DNA of 64,000 bases from assembly GCA_963662435.1 (NCBI GenBank), contig OY759598.1, positions 124,001-188,000 of the forward strand. The letters are read 5' to 3'. Below the pieces are notes generated by a model. It saw only the letters and a list, made by a program, of their open reading frames with translations. It did no database searches and was not told where the DNA came from. Shown here in pieces: positions 28,220 through 38,900 of this stretch. Within the stretch, counting starts at the first letter, position 1. The number at the start of each line of letters is the position of its first letter. The DNA comes from Dehalococcoidia bacterium (GTDB taxonomy: Bacteria > Chloroflexota > Dehalococcoidia > Lucifugimonadales > VXLM01). A program made the translations under genes and the position numbers.

Positions 28220-28919
28220 ACCCGACACGACCCAGTGGTCCCTGCCGGGTCCGGCGGACGCGCCCCGTGACGACCTCCAACTCCAGCTGGAGGTCTACGG
28301 CGAGACCATCCTGCTGCGGGGCTTCGAGAGCGACTCCACATGGGTCAGGACCGTCTCGGCGGACGAGATCGCCAACGTGTTCACCCAGCACCTGGGGTTC
28401 TCCTCGGGGCTGCTGCCCCAGGACGCCGTCTGGTGGAACCAGGGCGAGACCGGGCAGGTGGTGGCCCTCTGGCGGCCGCCCCAGGTCTGGTCCGTGGCCC
28501 TGCAACGGGAGGCGTTCAAGCCCCCCGCACGGCTCCGGCTTCCCATGCCGGGGCTGGTCTTCGTCTGCTCGCCGGGCCGTGCGCCCTGGGTCTACGCCGC
28601 AGCGGAGCGGCCCGCCGACGCCGAGCAGCATCTCTTCCGGGCCCCCGCCTTCAACGTCTTCAGGGACGGGCGGGTCTGCCCCGGAAGCCACCGGTTCCCC
28701 GAGGAGGTGGGACTGATACCGGAGTCCTTCTTCCAGTCCTTCTTCTCCCTTACCGGAGACTCGCGGGAGCGGTCGAAGAAGCACCCCGAAAACCTGGTTG
28801 AACTGTGGGAGGAGTTAGATGGAAAGACCGAGTACCCGATGGAGGACCTTGTTCCCCAGTGTTCGGTGGCCCAGGCGATGGCGGTCTCCGAGGGAAGACG
28901 TGGCTACCACTACGGTTAG
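28209..28919 (+). CDS. PRTRC system protein B (prokaryotic E2-like)
   Basis: LPMPGLVF..LFRAPAFNVFRDGRVCPG..ESFFQS. Confidence 0.8.
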   Translation: MSNEPDTTQWSLPGPADAPRDDLQLQLEVYGETILLRGFESDSTWVRTVSADEIANVFTQHLGFSSGLLPQDAVWWNQGETGQVVALWRPPQVWSVALQREAFKPPARLRLPMPGLVFVCSPGRAPWVYAAAERPADAEQHLFRAPAFNVFRDGRVCPGSHRFPEEVGLIPESFFQSFFSLTGDSRERSKKHPENLVELWEELDGKTEYPMEDLVPQCSVAQAMAVSEGRRGYHYG

Positions 28920-29544
28920 CCCAAAGCAGGGGCCGGTGGGCTACCTGGTCAACCGCGCCACAGGACTCGCCGGAGTCCAGGGCATCGGCTACGACTACGT
29001 TCTCGGATCGGGCGGTCTCTACGTCCAGTCCGAGAGCGCCCACCTGACGGCGCGGGTGCCGGTCGCATCCTGCGAGGTGCGGGGGCTGGCTCCCGTTCCG
29101 GAAAAGGTGGATCTCGCCCACGGCCCCATCCCGGCCCGGCTGTTCGAGATCGGGCTGCGCTGGTTCGAGGACACCCCGCACACCGAGCGGTTCTTCGCCG
29201 TCAGGTGGGACGGGCGAGCCTACCGGCTGGTGGTTCCCGAACAGGAAGGGACGGCCACGCGCCTCAAGTACCGGCCCCCCGCAGGGGTGGTGGCCGAGTT
29301 CCACTCCCACGGAGGCTCCCGCGCCTTCTTTTCGAAGACCGACGACCGGGACGAGCAGGGGTTCCGCATCTACGGCGTCGCCGGACGCCTCGGCAGCGAC
29401 CGGCCCGAGCTGAGCCTCCGGGTCGGCGTCTACGGCCACTTCGCCCCGGTGGAGTGGTCGCAGGTCTTCGACGGCCCGCACACCGGCCTCCGGCTGGTGA
29501 GTGAGGAGGCGGACGCAACGAATCCAATAGAAGGAGGTGAGTGA
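28900..29544 (+). CDS. PRTRC system protein A (JAB/MPN metallo-isopeptidase)
   Basis: ERFFAV..EFHSHGGSRAFFSKTDDRDE (HxH..S..D); GTG start inferred. Confidence 0.85.
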   Translation: MATTTVSPKQGPVGYLVNRATGLAGVQGIGYDYVLGSGGLYVQSESAHLTARVPVASCEVRGLAPVPEKVDLAHGPIPARLFEIGLRWFEDTPHTERFFAVRWDGRAYRLVVPEQEGTATRLKYRPPAGVVAEFHSHGGSRAFFSKTDDRDEQGFRIYGVAGRLGSDRPELSLRVGVYGHFAPVEWSQVFDGPHTGLRLVSEEADATNPIEGGE

Positions 29545-30362
29545 AAATGCCGTACTACCTGGACAACGCGTTCCTGCTGGACGATCCCTGGATCACCGTG
29601 GTGGGCTGCGGCGGGACCGGCGGCTTCGTTGCAGAGGGCCTCTGCCGCCTCTTCCAGGGGCGGGAGGCAAACATCGTCCTGGTCGACCACGACCGGGTGG
29701 AGCCCCACAACCTGCTGCGCCAGAATTTCTACGCAGAGGACGTGGGGAAGTTCAAGAGCCAGGCTCTGGCCGACCGGCTGGCGCGAGCCTTCAACCGGCC
29801 CGTCGGCTACTCGGTCTACCCCTTCCGGGAGGGCGACACGCGCCCCAACGGAAACTGCTACCCCGGCCTTCCCAACTACGGCGACAGCCTCATCATCGGC
29901 TGCGCCGACAACGCCGCCGCACGAAGGGCGATGGCGGAGTGCCTGCCGGGAGACCCGCGACGGTGGCTCATCGACGCGGGCAACGACACCAACTGGGGCC
30001 AGGTGCTCATAGGCAACATCACCGAGCCGGTCACCCTGCACGAACCTCCCTTCACCGGCGAGACCTGCCACCTGGCCCCCGCGCCCACGCTCCAGCGGCC
30101 CGACCTGCTGACGGCCGTGTCGACCAGACCGCCCGACGTGGACTGCGCGGCGGCCCTCGACCTCACCGACCAGGACCCGACCATCAACCAGATGATGGCG
30201 TCGCTGGTCTTACAGGTGGTCCGCCGCATGGTGGCGGGAACCTGCCCCTTCATGGGCCTCTACCTGGACATGGAGCAGGGCACCGTCACCCCGCGCTACG
30301 TCACGCCGGAGGCGGTGGCGCGCATCGTGGGGCCGGACTCCGAATGGGAGATATCGGCCTAG
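29541..30362 (+). CDS. PRTRC ThiF/E1-like activating enzyme
   Basis: VVGCGGTGG, DHDRVEPHNLLRQ, KSQAL, IGCADN, IDAGN, candidate catalytic Cys in DVDCAAAL. Confidence 0.88.
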   Translation: MKMPYYLDNAFLLDDPWITVVGCGGTGGFVAEGLCRLFQGREANIVLVDHDRVEPHNLLRQNFYAEDVGKFKSQALADRLARAFNRPVGYSVYPFREGDTRPNGNCYPGLPNYGDSLIIGCADNAAARRAMAECLPGDPRRWLIDAGNDTNWGQVLIGNITEPVTLHEPPFTGETCHLAPAPTLQRPDLLTAVSTRPPDVDCAAALDLTDQDPTINQMMASLVLQVVRRMVAGTCPFMGLYLDMEQGTVTPRYVTPEAVARIVGPDSEWEISA

Positions 30363-30413
30363 GGAACAACGCCAACGGACACGCTTTGAGAAGTAAAGAA
30401 AGAAGGAGAAACC

Positions 30414-30803
30414 ATGACTGACAAGAACGGAACGACCACGACCATGTGGCAGGACAACCACAGCGGGCTCCGCAGGCACAAGCTGATGACCAAGGAGCTT
30501 GCCGACACCATCCCGCCCCTGTACGCCAACGACGGCGCAGACGACCCCGACGCCGTGGTCGCCAGGGTGAAGCTCTTCAGCCCCTACAACGGCTGGCGCT
30601 GGTACGTCACCGAGTGGGAGGCCGAGACCGGACTGTGTTTCGGCCTCGTCGAGGGGTTCGAGACCGAGCTTGGCTACTTTGACCTGACCGAGCTGGCTGA
30701 GGTAACCGTGCTCGGCGGCGTTCCCGCCGTGGAGCGCGACCTGTACTGGGAGCCGCAGACCCTCGGCGAGATCAGGAGGCAGGCGTCGGGAATAGCGGCC
30801 TAG
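30414..30803 (+). CDS. DUF2958-like protein
   Basis: VKLFSPYNGWRWYVTE..FGLVEGFETELGYFDLTEL..VERDLYW. Confidence 0.75.
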   Translation: MTDKNGTTTTMWQDNHSGLRRHKLMTKELADTIPPLYANDGADDPDAVVARVKLFSPYNGWRWYVTEWEAETGLCFGLVEGFETELGYFDLTELAEVTVLGGVPAVERDLYWEPQTLGEIRRQASGIAA

Positions 30804-30846
30804 CGCCCAGGCACATGAACGCAGTCTGAGAAGGAAAGGAGAAACC

Positions 30847-31356
30847 ATGCCTGACGAAGTTGGAATGGAAACAACGCGCTCGGACGTAACGAGCGCAGAC
30901 GAGAGTCTCTTCGGCGATGCAGCTGACGACGCCGCTGCCGCCGTTGACCAGGAGGAAGACTCCAAGGGTGAGACGACACAGGACGGCCAGGGCTCCGATG
31001 ACGCCGGGGAGCAGGCCGCCGGAGAGGAGACCGAAGCCTCGGAGGACCTGAAGGTGGTCGTGTCCATCAAGGGCGGCAGGGCCACCATCGGCGTGCAGCA
31101 GCCCTCGTCGGACCCGCACATCGAGACCTTCGACGACCCGGACGAGTCGCGGCTGACCCAGGAGGTCCCGGCGGTGATCGGGAGGGCCAGGGCCACGTGG
31201 GAGGACGCCCCCAAGCACCCAGCCTACGAGCGGCCCGCTCCCCCGGCCAGACGCCGCAACAGGCGCGGGCAGGGTGCGGCGCAGGGGTCGGGACAGGAGG
31301 CGACTGCAGAGGCGGAGACGGCGCAGGCACAGCAGCAGACGCTGAGGCTGTTCTAG
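30847..31356 (+). CDS. Acidic hypothetical protein, possibly PRTRC protein E-like
   Basis: AAGGAG RBS; disordered acidic N-term, small beta domain, C-terminal QTLRLF. Confidence 0.5.
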   Translation: MPDEVGMETTRSDVTSADESLFGDAADDAAAAVDQEEDSKGETTQDGQGSDDAGEQAAGEETEASEDLKVVVSIKGGRATIGVQQPSSDPHIETFDDPDESRLTQEVPAVIGRARATWEDAPKHPAYERPAPPARRRNRRGQGAAQGSGQEATAEAETAQAQQQTLRLF

Positions 31357-31368
31357 AAGCCGGTCCAA

Positions 31369-31405
31369 CGGAGGGAGAGCACTGGAGATCGGTGCTCTCC
31401 CTCCG
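31369..31405 (+). terminator. Strong hairpin at the end of the leading-region operon
   Basis: CGGAGGGAGAGCAC-9 nt-GTGCTCTCCCTCCG, perfect 14-bp stem, no clear U-tract. Confidence 0.45.
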
Positions 31406-31727
31406 CCATCCATGTATGTGGCCGGTTTCGCGTTTTAGGCCCGTTCCGCGCCCATGTGTGCGGACCTTTTGCATTTCGGAAAGCAGGGAATGAACATGAG
31501 ATTCCGAAACCACGGAACCCAGGTGTCGAAGCAGGAAGCGGAAAGAAGGTACGAGTTGGAGGAACGACACCTTTTCGACACCGATGCGAGGAAGGAGAGG
31601 GCGCTGTGTGACCGACACCTCAGTCGAATAGCGGATTGGCGTTGTCTACTACCTGAAGTGCCGGCGGGGAGGCGCGTCGGTGGGAACCGTCTGCGAGGAG
31701 TGCAAGGCCCTGACCGTCCCGTTCGCC

Positions 31728-32324
31728 GGTTCCGTTTACTTTGGGGGTATTCGCTGTAGGATAAGGGACTCCGTCTAGGGTTCCGTTTGCCTCACCAGTT
31801 CGCCACGGCAGCGTTGTCGAAGTCGGCCTTCCAATCCTGAACGGTTCGGGCGTCGGTGTCCACCAGCAGGTGGAACGGCAGGGTCACAGCATATGGCCAG
31901 GCGTCGACAAAAGGTAACTCGATCTCGATCGCAGCGGTCGCGGTCACTCGATGGAGTGCCTGCTGTTCGGGAGTGGGCACCGAGTAGTGCCAAGCGATAT
32001 TGTCCCTGATCTGGTCTGCTACGAACCCTGCCAGCAGGGTTTCCGCGGTCGGTACCTCGTCTAAGGTGTCCCTCAGGACAGGCGCCACCATGAGCAACTC
32101 GACCAGCACTTCAGATACCGTCTCAATGCTGTCTTGGACTCACTCCGTGGCCACGTCGGTCGAGGTTTCCGCTCTATCCTCACCACAGCTCACTGCGGTA
32201 CCGGTCATGGCCAGCATCAGTGCCATTAGAATTGCGACTCTTTTCATTGAGAGATTCCTCCTTAGCTTTACCTCAATGCTCATGCCAGCGAAGCACTTCG
32301 TATACTCCCCGAGCAAACGGAACC
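31728..32324. mobile_element. Non-autonomous insertion cassette (MIC/MITE-like) with terminal inverted repeats and an 8-bp target duplication
   Basis: Left GGTTCCGTTTACTTTGGGGGTATTCG, right (rev-comp) GGTTCCGTTTGCTCGGGGAGTATACG; CGTTCGCC at 31720-31727 and 32325-32332; no transposase. Confidence 0.85.
31792..32247 (-). pseudogene. Lipoprotein passenger gene with one in-frame TGA
   Basis: AAGGAGG RBS, MKRVAILMALMLAMTGTAVS|C lipobox, TGA at 32142-32140, then continues in frame into ORF 31792..32109. Confidence 0.7.
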
Positions 32325-32513
32325 CGTTCGCCGAGAACCTGGCCCTGAGCCTGGAGGCCGAGGGGCGGATGGATGAGGCAGAGAAGTTTCATCTCCTTAC
32401 CCGCACGCTCCAGAGGGAGACCGGTTCGTGATTCTCAGGAACAGGGAGCAGAGGCCGCTGGCCCATGTATGCAGCCCTTCTTGCGTTTCAGGCCCCTGCG
32501 GCACCGGGCCGTC

Positions 32514-32768
32514 TCAGCCGGTGAAGTGGTGCCCGAGGCCCATTACATCGGCCAGTTCCACCAGCGCCCTCCGGTGCTGGTAGTTGGGCCGGGCCCTGCC
32601 GCTGGCCCAACGCCAGACGGTGTGACGGTAGGTCCCGACGCGCCGGGCGATCTCAGACCACGATAGGCCCGTCTCCTCATGGAAACGCTTTAGCCGCTGC
32701 GGAAAGTCGTCGGGGAAGGCGTAGGTTCTTCTGCTGTAGTTGTTGCGCTGTCGAGGCATGGCGCACAT
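32514..32768 (-). CDS. XRE-family HTH regulator, paralogue of 1796..2119
   Basis: FPDDFPQRLKRFHEETGLSWSEIARRVGTYRHTVWRW. Confidence 0.7.
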   Translation of the reverse strand: MCAMPRQRNNYSRRTYAFPDDFPQRLKRFHEETGLSWSEIARRVGTYRHTVWRWASGRARPNYQHRRALVELADVMGLGHHFTG

Positions 32769-32952
32769 GGTCCTCCCGGAGCACAGCCGGCGACTCTCTC
32801 CAATGCGAGCGCAGACATCGCCTTTCCTGTCAGCCCCAGGCCTCGACCGCTCCGATTCCGGGTTCGATTACGCCTGCCTCACCCGTCCATGCATCCGTGC
32901 TTGCTTTTTTCGTTGCCCGGAATGCCAGCCTCTCGAGCGGTCCCGCCCCCTG

Positions 32953-35900
32953 TTAATTCGCCGGCGAGCCCGCCGGGGCCGGCGCTGCCGGGGTGAAGCC
33001 CCGGACCCAGTCGGACATCTCGCTCACTTCCCCGTGCTCGTTGATGGCCTTGATGCGGTACACGTATTCCTTATCCGGCTCGACCGTATCGTCGGTGTAG
33101 GTGGAGTCCGCCGAGCCGGTGTCGCCTGCTATGGTGACGAAGGTCCCCACCGGGTGGATCGCCCGGTCGCGCCGCAGGATGACGTAGCCGGTGATGGCGT
33201 CGTCCTCCGGGTCGTCCCAGGTTAGGGTCACGGCGTCGTGGGAGACGGCGGCAGACAGTCCCGTGGGCTTGTCGGGGACGGGGACGGCCGGGGTGTTGGC
33301 CCGGACCCAGTCGGAAATCTCGCTCACCTCCCCGTGCTCGTTGATGGCCTTGATGCGGTACACGTACCGCTTATCCGGCTCGACCGTATCGTCGGTGTAG
33401 GTGGTGTCCGCCGAGCCGGTGTCGCCTGTGATGGTGACGAAGGTCCCCACCGGGTGGATCGCCCGGTCGCGCCTCAGGATGATGTAGCCGGTGATGGAGT
33501 CGTCCTGAGGGTCGTCCCAGGTGAGGGTCACGGCGTCGTGGGAGACGCTGGGGGACAGGCCCGTGGGCATGGCTGGCGGCTCGGGAGCCTCCACTGCTGC
33601 CGTGGCCGCGCTGGTCACTGTTTCCGCGTTGCCGAGGTCATCAGCAAAGCTGACCCTCACCTTGATAGTCTTCCCCTCATCGGCAGCGACCAATGAGTAG
33701 GTCGATGCGGTGGCCCCCGCGATATCCGCATCGTCGGCCAGCCACTGGTTGCTGTAGGAAACATTCGTCAGCCCGTCATCGTCAGCGATGCCTGAGGTGT
33801 CTGCCGTCAGTGTCTCCCCCACCTGGACTGTGCCGCTGATGGCGGGCCTTCCGGTGGCTGGTGTGTTGGGACGGGCCGTCACCGTGGCCGTAGCCGCGCT
33901 GGTCACAGTCGTATGGGTGCCGGCGTCATCCCAGAAGGACACCACCACGTAGATGGTCTTGCCCTCGTCTGCAGCTACCAGGGTATAGGTCGAGTCCGTC
34001 GCATCCGCGATGTACGTGTACGAAGACCCTTCGTTGGCAACCCACTGGTAGCTGTAGTAAACGTATTCCAACCCGTCATCGTCGGCGATGTCCGTAGTGT
34101 CTGCCGTCAGCGTCTCCCCCACCTGGGCCGTGCCACTGATCGTCGGCCAGCCGGTCGCCATGCTGTCGGATGTCTGTTGCTGGGTTGCATAGCTAACAGT
34201 TTCCGTCGCCGTACTGGTCAGGGTCTCCTCGTTGCCCGCGTTATCCGTGAAGGACACACGGAGTTTGATGGTCTTGGCTTCGTCGTCGGCTGCCAGGGTG
34301 TAGGTGGAGTCCATCGCATCCGCGATGTCCGTGTCCGAAGTTCCGTCGTTGGCAACCCACTGGTAGCTGAAGGTGGGGCCGCTCAGCCCATCGGCGTCGG
34401 CGATGCCGGTGATGTCCGCCGTCAGGGTCTCGCCCACCTGGGCCGTGCCACTGATCGTCGGCCAGCCGGTGGCCGGACTGTTGAATGTCTGTTGCTGGGT
34501 TGCAAAGCTAACAGCATCCGTCGCCGCACTGGTCAGGGTCTCCCTGTTGCCGACGTCATCCGTGAAGGACGCCCGCACTTTGATGGTCTTGCCCTCGTCT
34601 GCAACTACCAGGGTATAGGTGGAGTCCGTCGCACCCGCAATGTCCGTGTCCGAAGTTCCGTCATTGGCAACCCACTGGTAGTTGTAGGTAACGTCATTTA
34701 AGCCGTCATCGTCAGCGATGCCCGATGTATCTGCCGTCAACGTTTCACCCACCTGGGCTGTGCCGCTGATGGCCGGCGCACCAGTGGGCAGGCTGTTGGG
34801 ACGAGGCGCCACCACCCCAATAAGCTCGCTCCAGACCCGCTCCTCGTGGCCCGCGTCGTCGGTGTAGGTCACGATTAACTGGCAGCCACATGTGTCGTGA
34901 CCGCGGACGCCCATGTCGAAGTCCACGAGCGTATATTCCTCGCGGTCGCGCACGGACCCATAGAAGCCATTCCACTGGTAGCTGAAGGTCGCGTTGGTCA
35001 TTCCATTGGGGTCGCTTATGCCGGAAACATCCGCTGTCAGGGTCTGCCCAACCTGCAATGTGCCGAGGATTATTGGCTTTCCTATCGGCTCTCTGTTGGG
35101 CAGTTTCACTTCTTGCGTCGCAGGGCTGGTTACCGATTCCTCGTTGCCTCTATCGTCGGTGAAAGACACTCGCACTCTTAATGTCTTGCCCAGCTCTGCG
35201 TCTGTTACCGTGTAGCTGGAACTGGTCGCCCCTGTTATTTCGGCGTCGTCGGCAAGCCACTGGTAGTTGAAGGTCGATTCGTCCCAACCGTCGCGGTCGC
35301 TGATCCTGGAAACATCTGCATTCATGGTGCATCCGACACATGGACCGCGATGGTAATTTGGGCGAATATGTCCCAGGCCTGTGGCCGACCTGTTGGGTCG
35401 AGGTAAGGTAATGGTCCCCTCGGCGCGGGTGATCGCGAGTTTATATCCAGTACCTCCGTCGCAATAGGTCGGGAGTACCCGGACGTGTACGTAGTTCTCT
35501 CCGTCATATACGTCCACTTGGAAACCGGGCGTGTTGGGATCGGCGTCGGTCAGTTCGAACAGCCGTCCCAAGTCATCGTTATAGGCTCGGACGCAATCGG
35601 CGCTATCTGACGTGGGTGGGCCATTGGGGCCTAAACCGTAGGCAAAGATACCGATCACAGGCAAGTCTGATGCTTCGTAGAATTCGACGAAGTAGCCTGC
35701 TTCGGGGATTGCAGTGATGGTTATCCTGGTGTCGGCGTTGTCGACGTCCGGGACGGTGTAGTCGGAGGTGTGGCTTTCGAAAGTGGGGGTCATAGTCCCG
35801 TGGCTGACGCTTAGCGCACTCAGAGGAGGCTTCGAAGAGTAGGTGCCCGGCGAGGGTCGGGTGGTGGGTGATTGCCAGGGAGCAATGTCGACTCTCGAGA

Positions 35901-38900
35901 CCATTCGGCCGGACCCGTCCGTTCCGCAGTAGAGTTCCACGTTGAACCCCTCGAAACTGCCTTGGACGCCTGCGAGTCCTTTAGTCAACCGAGTTTCGTC
36001 GAAGCCTGCTGAGCCCAAGTGGAGCTGGTTGCTTGGAGTTTCCTGTCCTAGTCCAGTCTCTGGATAGATATTCAGGTAGGCGTTGTAGTCGGTGGAGCAA
36101 TCGTCAGAGTCGCTCCAGATGACGGTGAAATTAGTGACGATATCGTTGGGATCCGATGTATCCTCTCTTACCCCGACGGTTATGTAGCTCGGCGGCGCGG
36201 CCGCGACCGCTCCCGTCGCTGCACTGGTCAGACTCGCATTATTTCCGGCGTCATCCGTGAAGGACGCCCGTACTTTGATGGTCTTGCCCTCGTCTGTAGC
36301 TACCAGGGTATAGGTGGAGTCCGTCGCATCTGCGATGTCCGTGTCCGAAGTTCCGTCGTTGGCAACCCACTGGTAGCTGTAGGACACGTTGTCCAACCCG
36401 TCATCGTCGGCGATGCCGGTGGTGTCTGCCGTCAGCGTCTCGCCCACCTGGGCCGTGCCGCTGATCGTGGGCGCGCCGGTGGCCGGACTGTTGGCTATCT
36501 GTGGCTGGACAGCAGGGCTGACCGTGCCCGTGGCCGTGCTGGTCAACGATTCGTCGTTCCCCGCGTCGTCCGTAAAGCTGACCCGCACCTTGATGATCTT
36601 GCCCATCTCGCTCGTTGTCAGGACGTAGGCGTCGCCCGTGGCGCCGGCGATCTCGGCGTCGTCGGCCAACCACTGGTAAGCGAACGTGGCGATGGCCAAC
36701 CCGTCGGCATCCGAGATTCCGGAGGTGTCCGCCGTCAGGGTCTCCCCCACCTGGGCCGTGCCGCTGATGGTCGGCTGCCCGGTGGCCGGCGTGTTGGACG
36801 CTTGCTGCTGCTGTACGGCTGGGCTTACCGCCCCTGTAGCCGCGCTGGTCAGTGTTTCCTCGTTACCACCGTCGTCAGTGAATGAGACCCGGACCTTGAT
36901 GGTCTTGTCTATCTCGTTGGATGTCAGGACGTAGGAGCCCTCATTCGCGCTGGCGATCTCGGCGTCCCGGCTGGTCAGCCACTGATAACTGTAGCTGACG
37001 TTGGTCAAGCCGTCGGCGTCGGCGATACCGGAGGTGTCCGCAGTCAGCGTCTCGCCCACCTGGGCCGTGCCACTGATCGTCGGCGCACCGGTAGCCGGGC
37101 TGTTGGCTACCGGTTGCTGGACTGCAGGGTTGACCGTGCCCGTGGCCGTGCTGGTCGACGTTTCGTCGTTCCCCGCGTCGTCCGTAAAGCTGACCCCCAC
37201 CTTGATGATCTTGCCCATCTCGCTCGTTGTCAGGACGTAGGCGTCGCCCGTGGCGCCGGCGATGTCGGCATCGTCGGCCAGCCACTGGTAGCTGTAGGTC
37301 ACGTTGGTGAGGCCGTCAACGTCGGAGATTTCGGATGTGCCGGCCGTGAGGGTCTGGCCTACCTGGGCGGTGCCACTGATAGTGGGTTGGCCGGTGGCCG
37401 GAGAGTTCGCGACGGTAACCGTCATTACGTACAGTCGGCCTGCATCGGCAGCCCTTTCTCCTTTGTTGACGCCAATACCCAGCCGGTTCTCGCCCCGGTT
37501 CAAGTTGATCTGAAAGCCCGCTGTTTCCTCGTCGGCATCGGCAAGCACAATGCCTGTTGTGGTGCCGTTTCCGTAGGAATAGTTGCAAGGCGGACCGCAA
37601 AACAGGACTACTCCCCAGATTGGGTTCCTGACGAAGTCTGTCTGGTACCCGGTCAACACGGTCGGGTCCAAGGTGATGACTTCAACGTCGCTCGATACTT
37701 CGGCGGTGTACGTGTTTTTCCCCCTGTCGAAGGTAGGGGAAAGAGTCCCTGAACTGATTGTCAGCGCCGTCAACGGCGCCGACGAATAAGTACCTTCCCT
37801 GAGGCCGGTAAATAGAGGGCCGAGATAAAGTTGCGTGGCGAGACCCGTCGACGCAATCAGGACGTTCTGGCTAGAGCTAGCATCGAAAGTGCCACAGTAC
37901 AATTCCGCTTTGACTATCGGGGGGTGGAGGGAGTTGCCTGTCCAGTTGAGGGAGATGGTCTGCGTTGCTTCGGTGCTGCCCGAGGCCACAGAGCCTATGT
38001 GCGTGCGGGACGTTGTGCCCCAGCCTGGACCGGAGGTAAGACTCAAGTAGGTGTTGTAATCAGAGGTGCATTCGTCGGGATCCGACCACGAGACCGTATC
38101 GTCGCCGCTGGTTATCACAACGGTTACGTACGCATCGGGGCCCGTGGGCTGTCCGGTAGCCGGACTGTAGGGGCGGGCATCCACCGCCTCAGTGGCAGCA
38201 CTGGTCAGACTTTCGTCGTTTCCCGCATCATCCGTGAATGACACACGAACCTTGATAGTATTGCCCGCGTCGTCGGCCATCAGGGGATAGAAGAAGGCCG
38301 TGGCTCCCGTGATGTCCGTGTCGGCGGTACCGTCATTGGCAACCCACTGATAGCTGTAGGAGACCTTGGTCAGACCATCCGCGTCAGCGATGCCGTAGGT
38401 ATAGGCAAACAGCGGACTGCCCACCTGGGCAATGCCACTGATCGTCGGCGCACCGGTGGCCGGGCTGTTGGGACTGGCCGCGACCGTTGCCGTCTCCCCG
38501 CCCGTCAGCGACTCTGCGTACCCGCCCCGATCGGTGAAGGCGACCCGGACCTTGATGGTATTGCCCGCGTCGTCGGCCACCAGGGTGTAGGTGGAATCCG
38601 TCGCGTTCGCGATGTCCGTGTCTGCGTTCCCATCGTGGGAGACCCATTGAAACCGGAACTGCACTCGATCAAGACCGTTTCCGTCCTCGATGCCTGTCGT
38701 TTCCACAGTGAGGCTCTCTCCGACCTGCGCCGTGCCACTGATGACCGGCTCCCCGCTGGCCGGAACGTTGTCCGGCCTAGCCTGCCGGCCCGACTTGGAT
38801 TGGCTCGTGGGGGCCATGAAATTGAAATCGGACCATTCCGAGGAGCCATGGGCGTTTACAGCTCTTGCGCGGAACCAGTAAGACGATCCTTCAGGTTCCA

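Larger units (their letters stand above)
31490..32431 (+). pseudogene. Hypothetical gene split by the 597-bp insertion and frameshifted
   Basis: Removing 31728-32324 plus one TSD copy joins ..GTVCEECKALTVPFA|ENLALSLEAEGRMDEAE..TGS* in frame; the 5' part has additional indels. Confidence 0.6.

Noticed and set aside
32140..32142. Selenocysteine or recoded TGA in the lipoprotein gene
   Set aside because: No redox motif or evident SECIS; TGA is used as a normal stop elsewhere, so a TGG->TGA nonsense change is simpler.
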